A DNA stretch of 25,338 bases from Myxococcota bacterium. Its GTDB lineage: Bacteria > Myxococcota_A > UBA796 > GCA-2862545. Of the stretch, positions 16,795 to 24,669 are shown one piece after another. Below the pieces are notes generated by a model, which was given only the letters and a program-made list of their open reading frames with translations, was not told where the DNA came from and ran no database searches. The translations under genes were made by a program, and so were the position numbers. Every line of letters starts with the position of its first letter. Position 1 is the first letter of the stretch. The stretch spans positions 1 to 25,338 of the forward strand of contig JBCCQY010000139.1 of the NCBI GenBank assembly GCA_039208735.1, given 5' to 3'.

Positions 16795-17437
16795 GCAGAT
16801 CCTCCAATTGGCCGCCATCATCCCTTAGGACCGCCCGAACCGGGGACGCATCAACGCCCACCAAAGGCAACGGAAGTGCGACCAGGGTGTAGATCCCAGG
16901 CTCGACGTGGTCAAGCACGACCCCCTCGAGGATCGCTAGGTCGTGGCGTGCAATCGCGTTGTGGGAAAGCAGCTCTCGGTCATCGCACAGGTCCACCGAC
17001 GGGGTGTCCAGTCCCACCAACACGACGCCATGACCGACCAAATGCTCGATCAGCTCGGGCGATAGGGCAGCGAAGTCTTCGTTGAAGACCTGCGGGTCGG
17101 GGTAGGTGCCCGTGCGGAAGAGCACGCGCGAAGCCTTGGGCGCATGCGGCAAGTGGGCAGGTTGAATGCGGGTGTTGCGGGGTACGTTCACCGCCATCAC
17201 CTCACAGGGACCGAAGTAGCGTTCGAGCGGACGAGCCGCGATGCCCTGCCCGTCGCGGGCGTAGTGATTCGGGGCGTCGGTATGGGCGCCCACATGCACG
17301 GTGGTGCGGATGGATGACAGCGTCAGGTTGTCGCCCTTGGCCATCGACAACGCAACGTCTCGGGAAAACCCAACATCACCCGGCCAAACGGCAATCTTGT
17401 CGTCGATGGGAGGCGAAATGTCGATGAGGCGTGTCAT
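16784..17437 (-). CDS. kynB: Cyclase-family kynurenine formamidase
   Basis: DISPP, VWPGD, HVGAHTDAPNH metal motif, GLDTPSVD, ILEG and DASPVRAVLR. ATGA overlap with the RidA gene. Confidence 0.85.
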   Translation of the reverse strand: MTRLIDISPPIDDKIAVWPGDVGFSRDVALSMAKGDNLTLSSIRTTVHVGAHTDAPNHYARDGQGIAARPLERYFGPCEVMAVNVPRNTRIQPAHLPHAPKASRVLFRTGTYPDPQVFNEDFAALSPELIEHLVGHGVVLVGLDTPSVDLCDDRELLSHNAIARHDLAILEGVVLDHVEPGIYTLVALPLPLVGVDASPVRAVLRDDGGQLEDLRER

Positions 17438-17865
17438 GGAATCCAGGCGATGCACTTGAGTTCGACAGCGATGGGCGTCGGTAACGCTCGCACCGCCACC
17501 GTCGTCCGCGTCGGCCGATATGGGCCGATGAGTTCGGCGTAGACTTCGTTGAACGCCTTGAAGTCGCGGTCCATATCGACCAAGAACACCGTGATGTCGA
17601 CCAGGTTGGCAAGGGTGGCTCCGGATGCCTTGAGCACCGCCTCGAGGTTCGCCACCACCGCACGGGTCTGCGCGGCGACATCATAGTCCAGCGGCTGGCC
17701 GGCGGCGTCTCGAATGGGGCCGCCGGGAATCGCATCGGTGCCCGGCTGCCGAGGCCCCATGCCAGACAAAAACAGCATTGGGCCCACTTGGCGCGCGTGG
17801 GGGTACGCCCCGACTGGAGCCGGGGCCCCTTGGGCGTCGACAGCCCGAGAATCCGAATCGCTCAC
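17434..17865 (-). CDS. RidA-family protein, 2-aminomuconate deaminase (AmnD/NbaF)-like
   Basis: PVGAYPHAR, LSGMGPRQPG, RTTV (catalytic Arg) and LPTPIAVELK. Has the extended loop typical of the aminomuconate deaminase subgroup. GGAGAGG SD. Confidence 0.85.
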   Translation of the reverse strand: MSDSDSRAVDAQGAPAPVGAYPHARQVGPMLFLSGMGPRQPGTDAIPGGPIRDAAGQPLDYDVAAQTRAVVANLEAVLKASGATLANLVDITVFLVDMDRDFKAFNEVYAELIGPYRPTRTTVAVRALPTPIAVELKCIAWIP

Positions 17866-17889
17866 AACCTCTCCGGGAGAAACGGCAGC

Positions 17890-18315
17890 TTACCAGCTGC
17901 CCACGTTGGGCATCGAGGCCCACGGCTCTCGGATCTCGAGCGCTCCGCCACGTTGGAGCAGTTCAATCGAGATCGCATCCGGGCTGCGAACGAAGGCCAT
18001 TCGCCCGTCACGCGGCGGCCGCGCGATGGTGACGCCGTTTTCTTGAAGCTTCGTACACAAGGCGTAGATGTCGTCGGTCGCAAAGGCCAAATGGCCAAAG
18101 TTGCGGCCGCCCGTGTATGGCTCCTCCTGATCCCAGTTGTAGGTCAACTCGATCATCGCCGAGTCGTCCTCTTGGCCCGTTGCGAGAAAGACGAGGGTGT
18201 ATCGTCCCTTCTCACTCTCACTGCGCCGAACCTCGCGCAGGCCAAGCAAGTCGCAAAAGAAGTGTAGGGCCTGGTCGAGGTCACGCACGCGGATCATCGA
18301 GTGTAGGAATCGCAT
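17890..18315 (-). CDS. gloA: Lactoylglutathione lyase (glyoxalase I, VOC family)
   Basis: [23 protein letters not shown] and [21 protein letters not shown]. Confidence 0.9.
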   Translation of the reverse strand: MRFLHSMIRVRDLDQALHFFCDLLGLREVRRSESEKGRYTLVFLATGQEDDSAMIELTYNWDQEEPYTGGRNFGHLAFATDDIYALCTKLQENGVTIARPPRDGRMAFVRSPDAISIELLQRGGALEIREPWASMPNVGSW

Positions 18316-18348
18316 GCGAGGTCGCTTAACGCTCGCTCTCCAGTGGCG

Positions 18349-21300
18349 TCAGTTCTGACCCACCGGATGGTGCTCGGAGGAGGGCACCTCCTGGTCGCCA
18401 GCGGGGGTGATCTCGTCGAAGACGACCTTGCCATCTCGCACCACAGCGTGCAATGCACGGCGCTTCTGGCCCGTGCGCAGCATCGAAGCCCCCAAGGGCT
18501 CCGCGACCAACTCGTCGATTGCCCGCAAGGCAGGCCGAGCCCCCATGCCGGCTCCGCCGACGCTGCTCGCCGGTTGGTAGCGCGCACAGAGTTCGGCCAC
18601 CTCTTCCGACCAGGTAAGCGTGATGCCGGTGAGGGCCGCGCGCTCCTGGAGCTGGGTGAGGTGGATGCTGACAATCTTGACCAGGTCGGCTTCTTCGACA
18701 TCGCGGAACACGACCACCCCGTCGAGCCGATTGAGCAGCTCGGGACGGAAGCGGTCCTGGGCCTTCGCCATGACCGCAGCCTTGCGAGAAGCCACGGTGT
18801 TGCCACCAAAACCGAGGCGTCCCTTCCCAGACACTTCCGAACCCGCGTTGGTGGTCAGGATGAAGAAGGCTTCGCGCGCATGCACCTTGCGGCCTTCAGC
18901 ATCGGTGACCACGCCTTCATCGAAGAGCGACAGGAACATCGCCTGCACATCAGGGTGCGCCTTTTCGAACTCGTCGAGCAGCACCACCGCGTAGGGACGG
19001 CGCCGTAGCGGCCCCGTGAGCTGGCCCTCTTCGCCGTGGCCCTGGTAGCCCGGAGGCGCCCCCAAGAGGCGACTGCTCGTGAACCGATCGCCGTACTCGG
19101 ACATGTCGAGCTTGACGAGCGCGTTTCCTTCGGGGAACAGGAAGTCCGTCAGGGCGCGAGCGAGTTCGGTCTTGCCAACCCCACTGGAGCCCGCGAACAG
19201 GAAGACGCCACGAGGACGCCGCGGATGACGAAGACCTGAACGCGCGAGACGCACTGCCGATGCGAGCTCGGACACGGCGTCTTCTTGGCCAATCACGCGA
19301 GCGCGCAGGAAGTCTTCGAGCGAATCGAGTCGTTCGCGTTCCGCCGCGGTCAGATCGTGAACCGGCACGCTCGTGCGCTCGCTGACGATGCGAGCCACCC
19401 GCTGGCCATCGACGACATGCGGTTCTGCCCCGAGGCTTACGTCCGCACACGCTTCATCCATGAGGTCGAGCGCCTTGTCGGGCAGGCGCCGTTCAGGCAC
19501 GAAGCGCACCGCAAGTCGTACACAAGCTTCGATCGCATCTCGCGTGATGCTGACCTTGTGATGCTCTTCGTACAGGTGCTTGATCCGCAGCAGCAGCTCC
19601 ATGGCCTCTTCGACCGAAGGCTCCTCCACCGGAATCGGCTGGAAGCGACGTTCGAGAGCCGAATCGGTTTCGAAGTGCTTGCGGTACTCTGCCACCGTGG
19701 TGGCGCCGATGACCGTGACCTCGCCGCGCGCGAGCGCCGGCTTGAGGATGTTGGCGGCATCAAGCGAGCCCCCTTCGGTGCGCCCCGCTCCCACCAAGGT
19801 GTGGATCTCATCGATGAAGAGCACGATGCCGGGATTCTCGCGCGCCTCGCGGATGATGTCCTTGAGTCGCTCTTCGAAGGTGCCCCGGTACTTTGTGCCC
19901 GCGAGCAACGAACCCATCGAAAGCTCGATGAGGCGCAGGTTCTTAAGGCGTTCCGGAGCATCTTCGGCGGTGAGCGCCTGCGCCACGCCTTCGACAATCG
20001 CGGTCTTGCCGACCCCTGGGTCGCCGAGAAGGAGCGGATTGGCCTTGAGTCGACGCACCAGCGTCTTCATGACGGCTCGGATCTCGCCCGAACGACCGAC
20101 GACCGGCGACAACTTGCCCGATCGCGACAGCGCCGTCAGGTCACGACCCTGCTCATCGAGCGTCGGCGTCGGGGATTCGCCCTCTTCATCGCTTGATTCA
20201 GGTTGGAGATTCTGCTCGCAGAACGCCTTTCCTTCGCGCGCAAACTGGCTGTCAGGCTCGATTTCGAGGGCCTTGTTCCACAGGGGAAGTGCCTCACGGT
20301 AGCGCTGCAGCGTGTTGAGCGCGGCCGCCTTGCCTTGGATCGCAAAGGCATGCCGAGACCCAACCTCGAGGGCCCGATCGAACCACACCAAGCAACCCGG
20401 CAGGTCGCCCAGCATGCGCATGCACTCGGCCCGCCCCGCAATCGCGTAGAGGTAGTCGTCCTTCAGCTTGAGGGCGCGCTCATACGCCTTGATCGCCTCT
20501 TCGTACCGCTCGTTCTTGCGGTAGGCCTCGCCGATGTTGGTGGCGGCGTGGAAGTGATCCGGATCGATGACGAGGCAACGCTCATAGGCCTCAATCGCCT
20601 TGTCGAGCTGCTTGTCTTCTTCGTAGGCCATGCCCAGCCGCAGCGCGGCTTCGGCGTAGGTGTCGTCGTAGCGAAGGGCTTCTTCGAAACAGGTGATGGC
20701 CTGCGAGAAGTTCCGCTCCTTGAAGAAGATGCGGCCCCGGTCCAGTTCATCACGGGCTCGCACGCGATCCGTCCGGGAGCGAGGACCGGCGAGACTGGTA
20801 GGCGGCGCCGCCATCGGCAACGCAGGTTCGTCGCGCCGTCCCGGCCCTGCAGGGCTCTGGCCAATGCGCCGTCGCGGAGCGCTGGTGATCGTTCGATCGG
20901 GCGCCGACTCCCCAAGACCCGCCCGACACTGGGCCAATCCGCGCTTCACGAAAGCCGCATTTGGGTTCTCGCGCAGGGCCGCAAGCCACAACGGCAGGGC
21001 TTCATCGAAGCGTCGCAGCGAATTCAGCGTCGCCGCCTTCCCACACAAGGCCAGGTAGTGACGAGGGCGGAGGACCAGCGTGCGGTCAAAACCATCCAGG
21101 GCTTCCTGGAACCGTCCCAACATTCGTAGGGCCTCGGCGCGGCCCGCCGTGGCCCGTACCTCGTCAGGACGCAGCTGGATCACCTCATCATAGGCTTCGA
21201 TCGCCGCGAGGAAGTCGTTGTTGCGCCGAAGTGCATCCGCACGATGGCACGCCGCATCGAGGTGATCCGGCTCGCGTTGCAACACTTCGTCGAAAGCCCG

Positions 21301-22335
21301 AATCGCCGCACGATACTGCCGATCTTCGCTGTGGGCGAGGCCCAGCAAGTACCACGCACTCGTCCAACTCGGATCCTCTTCGGTGGCGTGGCGAAGTGAG
21401 GTGGCCGCCTCGGGGAAGCGGCCCTGCTGCATGAGCGACCGCCCCTGCTCATAAGGCCCTCGCGCCCGATCCCGGGCTCCCGCCCGCACATCGACCGCGC
21501 GGTCGACCGATTCGCCAGACACGGATTCGCCCGCGAGAGCGGCTTCGGCTCGCTTGAGACCGAGCACCGCAGCCTGAGCGCTGGGCTCGATGGCCAAGGC
21601 CTGCCGCCAGATGGGAAGCGCCTCCGCCCACCGTCCCAGCTCATTGAGCGCTGACGCCTTGCCCCGAAGCGCTACCACATGGGTTGGACGCCCTTGGAGG
21701 GCGCGAGAGTACCATTCGACCGCATCGTCGAACCGTCCCTGTTGTCGCAGCGCATCAGCCCGGCCGGTCATCGCTCGGACATGTTCGGGCCGCTGGGCGA
21801 TGGCCCGGTCGTAGTCCGCCACGGCCTCGTCGAACCGCGCCGCCTGACGCAGCACGTCGGCCCGACCCACGAGCACGTCGGGATCATCTCCCAACGCCTT
21901 CAACAGCCGCCCGTAGGTGGAGACGGCCTGATCAAACCGCCGCATCCGCTCATAGACGCGTGCCAGATCGGCGAGTACGTCCTCATCGTTCGGCGAGATG
22001 GCCAACGCGGCCTCGAACGCCTCGGCAGCTTCGGCGGCGCGTCCGTCGGCGGCGAGCGCCCGCCCCCAGTTGCGCTGGGACTCCGCGCGGACCCGGTCCG
22101 GATCGGCGGGAGGAGGTACCGTGACGCGCCGACCGGTGCGCAACCCGTCCCGCGCCTCGGTCAGCCCGGCGGTTGCAAACGCCGACTCCGGATCGAGAGC
22201 GGCCGCCTGTTCCCACAACGCAATCGCGGGGCCGAACTGGCCAAGTGCGTTGAGAGCCGCCGCCTTTCCGCGCACCGCAAAGGTGTGCTCAGGCGACTTG
22301 GCGAGCGCCCGGTCGAACCATTCGAGCGCGGCCCT
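18349..22335 (-). CDS. TPR-array fused Clp/Hsp100 double-ring AAA+ ATPase (ClpA-like), 5'-truncated at the junction
   Basis: At least 16 complete TPRs. D1 has GDPGVGKT, GTKYRG, FIDEIH, ALERRF and LPDKALDL. No M-domain. D2 has GSSGVGKT, PPGYQG, LLDEFEKAH and RPELLNR, plus an LGF loop. The upstream limit is approximate. Confidence 0.9.
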   Translation of the reverse strand, partial: RAALEWFDRALAKSPEHTFAVRGKAAALNALGQFGPAIALWEQAAALDPESAFATAGLTEARDGLRTGRRVTVPPPADPDRVRAESQRNWGRALAADGRAAEAAEAFEAALAISPNDEDVLADLARVYERMRRFDQAVSTYGRLLKALGDDPDVLVGRADVLRQAARFDEAVADYDRAIAQRPEHVRAMTGRADALRQQGRFDDAVEWYSRALQGRPTHVVALRGKASALNELGRWAEALPIWRQALAIEPSAQAAVLGLKRAEAALAGESVSGESVDRAVDVRAGARDRARGPYEQGRSLMQQGRFPEAATSLRHATEEDPSWTSAWYLLGLAHSEDRQYRAAIRAFDEVLQREPDHLDAACHRADALRRNNDFLAAIEAYDEVIQLRPDEVRATAGRAEALRMLGRFQEALDGFDRTLVLRPRHYLALCGKAATLNSLRRFDEALPLWLAALRENPNAAFVKRGLAQCRAGLGESAPDRTITSAPRRRIGQSPAGPGRRDEPALPMAAPPTSLAGPRSRTDRVRARDELDRGRIFFKERNFSQAITCFEEALRYDDTYAEAALRLGMAYEEDKQLDKAIEAYERCLVIDPDHFHAATNIGEAYRKNERYEEAIKAYERALKLKDDYLYAIAGRAECMRMLGDLPGCLVWFDRALEVGSRHAFAIQGKAAALNTLQRYREALPLWNKALEIEPDSQFAREGKAFCEQNLQPESSDEEGESPTPTLDEQGRDLTALSRSGKLSPVVGRSGEIRAVMKTLVRRLKANPLLLGDPGVGKTAIVEGVAQALTAEDAPERLKNLRLIELSMGSLLAGTKYRGTFEERLKDIIREARENPGIVLFIDEIHTLVGAGRTEGGSLDAANILKPALARGEVTVIGATTVAEYRKHFETDSALERRFQPIPVEEPSVEEAMELLLRIKHLYEEHHKVSITRDAIEACVRLAVRFVPERRLPDKALDLMDEACADVSLGAEPHVVDGQRVARIVSERTSVPVHDLTAAERERLDSLEDFLRARVIGQEDAVSELASAVRLARSGLRHPRRPRGVFLFAGSSGVGKTELARALTDFLFPEGNALVKLDMSEYGDRFTSSRLLGAPPGYQGHGEEGQLTGPLRRRPYAVVLLDEFEKAHPDVQAMFLSLFDEGVVTDAEGRKVHAREAFFILTTNAGSEVSGKGRLGFGGNTVASRKAAVMAKAQDRFRPELLNRLDGVVVFRDVEEADLVKIVSIHLTQLQERAALTGITLTWSEEVAELCARYQPASSVGGAGMGARPALRAIDELVAEPLGASMLRTGQKRRALHAVVRDGKVVFDEITPAGDQEVPSSEHHPVGQN

Positions 22336-22405
22336 GGACCCTTGCCTCGATTTCGGGGAAGTTGCCGAGGTATATAACGCCGCCTGGTCCCAAGGGAAAG
22401 ACCCG

Positions 22406-23080
22406 ATGCGCTGGATCATTCTGCTCTTTCTGGCGGCGACGCTGGCGCCCACGCAATCGCAGGCCGAGGGTGAGCGGGCGGGCGACTTCGACTATTATGT
22501 GCTGGCGTTGTCCTGGTCGCCGAGCTTTTGTGCGCTGGAAGGCGCGGCGCGCGGCAACCCGCAATGCGACCGGTCTTTGGGCTGGGTGATGCACGGGCTT
22601 TGGCCTCAATATGACATGGCCTCAAGTAGCGAAGCGGTAGGCCAAAGAAATGGCGGTTGGCCGAGTTACTGCCCCACCGTCCACCGCAACCCATCCCGTG
22701 CAGACACCGCAGCCATGGCCGATATCATGGGCTCTGGCGGGTCCGCCTGGCACCAGTGGAACAAGCACGGCCGCTGCACGGGGCTCTCGTCAGACGATTA
22801 CTACGCCCTGTCGCGGCTGGCCTTCGATCGGGTCAACCGGCCCGAGGTGCTGCGCCGGCTCGACCGCTCGGTCACGCTGCCCGCCGCGGTGATTGAAGAG
22901 GCGTTTCTCGAGGCCAACTCTGGCTGGACCTCGGACATGCTCACCATCACCTGCAAAGGCGGCCGCATCGCCGAGGCGCGGCTGTGCCTCACCCGCGACC
23001 TCACCCCGCGCCCCTGCGCCGCCGACGTGCGCCGTGACTGCCGGGCCACCGACGCGCTGCTTGATCCCATCAACGAGTAG
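22406..23080 (+). CDS. Ribonuclease T2 family, secreted
   Basis: Signal peptide, FDYYVLALSWSP, CAS I HGLWP, CAS II HQWNKHGRC and conserved Cys residues. Confidence 0.93.
   Translation: MRWIILLFLAATLAPTQSQAEGERAGDFDYYVLALSWSPSFCALEGAARGNPQCDRSLGWVMHGLWPQYDMASSSEAVGQRNGGWPSYCPTVHRNPSRADTAAMADIMGSGGSAWHQWNKHGRCTGLSSDDYYALSRLAFDRVNRPEVLRRLDRSVTLPAAVIEEAFLEANSGWTSDMLTITCKGGRIAEARLCLTRDLTPRPCAADVRRDCRATDALLDPINE
22616..22651. repeat. Short palindromic element inserted in-frame in RNase T2
   Basis: TGGCCT...AGGCCA inverted repeat around GCGAAGC. Adds about 12 residues (MASSSEAVGQRN) after HGLWPQYD. Confidence 0.55.
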
Positions 23081-23089
23081 GGCCTGGGG

Positions 23090-23122
23090 CTTCTTCTCGT
23101 CCAAAATATCCCCGCCGGAGGC
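23090..23122. repeat. Intergenic repeat-like element (CTTCTTCTCGTCCAAAATATCCCCGCCGGAGGC)
   Basis: Resembles a dispersed intergenic repeat recalled from Rhodobacteraceae. Only one copy here. Confidence 0.35.
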
Positions 23123-23170
23123 TCCCACACTGTCCGTCCGCGCGCAGATCGTGCCTGATACGTCCGACCT

Positions 23171-23192
23171 GTAGGGCGGGACTTGTCCCGCC
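23171..23192 (+). repeat. GTAG-family REP element
   Basis: GTAG followed by the perfect palindrome GGCGGGAC-TT-GTCCCGCC, between convergent genes. Confidence 0.7.
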
Positions 23193-23203
23193 GCCCACCC
23201 TTG

Positions 23204-24064
23204 TCACTCGGCCGCCAGCGGAACCTCGTCGCGGCCGCTTTGGGTGATCTTGCCCATCACCCGCCGGATCAGTGCCTGGAAGGCCGCAAAGTTCGCGTTT
23301 GGCCGGATCAGCCGCTCATCCATGTAAAGCGAGCGGTCGATCTCCACCTGCACCACATGCTGGCCGTTCGACGGGCGACCATAATGCTGCGCGGTGTAGG
23401 CCCCAGCAAAGGGCGTGTTGCGCACCACCCTCAAGCCTTCGGCGGCAAAGGCATCTTCGATCCGCGCCACGACCTCTTCGCTCGCCGCGGCGCCGAACCG
23501 ATCCCCAAGTACGATCTCGGGCTTCCGGCCTCGGCCCGCCACGGCCGCTTCGATCGCCTCGTGCGGCATCGAGTGGCAATCCACCAGCACGGCCTCGCCG
23601 AACGTGGCGCGCGTGTCGTCCAGAAGCGTTTGGAGTTGCTCGTGATAGGGCCGCCAGTGGTCGCGGATGCGGCCACGCGCCTCGTCGAGTGCGATCTTGC
23701 CGCGATAGATTGCCCGACCGTTTGACACGACGCGCGGGATCACACCCAATCCGCTGGTCACACGCGGATTGTGCGCCATCTTGCGCACGCCCTCGATCAG
23801 CGCCGGGTCCAGCTCTTCGCTGGCGCGGTTCAGGTCGATATAGGCCCGCGGCGCTGTCGCGGACAACAGCACAGCCCCAAATTCCGGCGCATCGGCAAAA
23901 AGCATGTCGACGAACGCGTCCTCAGACGACCGAATCGCCTGCTCGTCCAAAAGCGAGGCCCGCAGGAACGCCCAAGGGTAATCCCGTCCGCTGTGCGGCG
24001 AAGCAAAGACGACCGATGTCGTCTGCTCTTTTGGTTCGCGCAACGTGAAAGGGGCGACCTTCAT
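23204..24064 (-). CDS. N-formylglutamate amidohydrolase family protein
   Basis: SPHSGRDYP, SEDAFVD, PRAYIDLNR, DCHSMP, LGDRFG, NTPFAG and QVEIDRSLYMDE. Confidence 0.93.
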   Translation of the reverse strand: MKVAPFTLREPKEQTTSVVFASPHSGRDYPWAFLRASLLDEQAIRSSEDAFVDMLFADAPEFGAVLLSATAPRAYIDLNRASEELDPALIEGVRKMAHNPRVTSGLGVIPRVVSNGRAIYRGKIALDEARGRIRDHWRPYHEQLQTLLDDTRATFGEAVLVDCHSMPHEAIEAAVAGRGRKPEIVLGDRFGAAASEEVVARIEDAFAAEGLRVVRNTPFAGAYTAQHYGRPSNGQHVVQVEIDRSLYMDERLIRPNANFAAFQALIRRVMGKITQSGRDEVPLAAE

Positions 24065-24219
24065 TCGGGCTCCTGTTGTGGACTGCTACCTTATCTAGGA
24101 TCATGGGCGCCAAATCCAGCGCCGCAGCGCAGCTTTGGCGTTTATGTGACATCCCGTCTCGTGAAAATCCAGCGGACTGCCCCCCACAATTGCCCAAAGA
24201 CTGCGCGTCGCAAATTTGC

Positions 24220-24248
24220 TTGAACCGTGGGGGCAACCCTTTTATACG
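24220..24248 (+). promoter_or_regulatory. Putative promoter for the second tRNA-Val (TTGAAC-N17-TATACG)
   Basis: 17-nt spacing and an alphaproteobacterial-style -10. Confidence 0.5.
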
Positions 24249-24283
24249 CTCGCAGACCGGCGGGGCGCCCTGCCCGGTGGACC

Positions 24284-24358
<75 letters not shown>

Positions 24359-24467
24359 TCGCCCCTCGGCTTGGCCGCAGGGGCCTCAGATATAACCGGC
24401 GCGGATGTGCCGAACCGTAACGCGGCGGGGCCTTGTGATCCGCCATAACCTTGGAAGGAGCAGGTCC

Positions 24468-24593
24468 ATGAAGGTCCGTAACTCGCTTCGTTCGCTCAAA
24501 AGCCGGCACCGTGATTGCCGGGTCGTGCGCCGGAAAGGCCGCGTCTACGTGATCAACAAGACGCAGCGTCGCTTCAAAGCCCGCCAGGGCTGA
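24468..24593 (+). CDS. rpmJ: 50S ribosomal protein L36, type B (zinc-free)
   Basis: [49 protein letters not shown]. Confidence 0.97.
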   Translation: MKVRNSLRSLKSRHRDCRVVRRKGRVYVINKTQRRFKARQG

Positions 24594-24630
24594 TCGGCAC
24601 CTGGGCGGCTGCCCTGGTATTGCCCGAACG

Positions 24631-24660
24631 GGCCGCCCATGGGGGCGGCCTTTTGCGTTT
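24631..24660 (+). terminator. Rho-independent terminator after rpmJ
   Basis: GGCCGCCC-ATGG-GGGCGGCC followed by TTTTGCGTTT. Confidence 0.8.
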
Positions 24661-24669
24661 GCGGGCAGT

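Noticed and set aside
18349..20170. Calling the ATPase ClpB or T6SS ClpV
   Set aside because: There is no coiled-coil M-domain, an LGF ClpP-docking loop is present, and no T6SS genes are nearby.
21998..22405. 136-aa N-terminal extension of RNase T2
   Set aside because: It is the Ala/Ser-rich antisense shadow of the TPR gene. The real start is ATG 22406, which gives a signal peptide.
22336..22452. ORF-track N-terminus of the 1367-aa Clp protein (MGASVAARKSRMIQ...)
   Set aside because: It is non-TPR sequence antisense to the RNase T2 start and is best explained as read-through across the junction.
23204..24064. Linking the formylglutamate amidohydrolase to the kynB/amn pathway
   Set aside because: It lies across the probable chimeric junction, in what looks like its usual alphaproteobacterial context.
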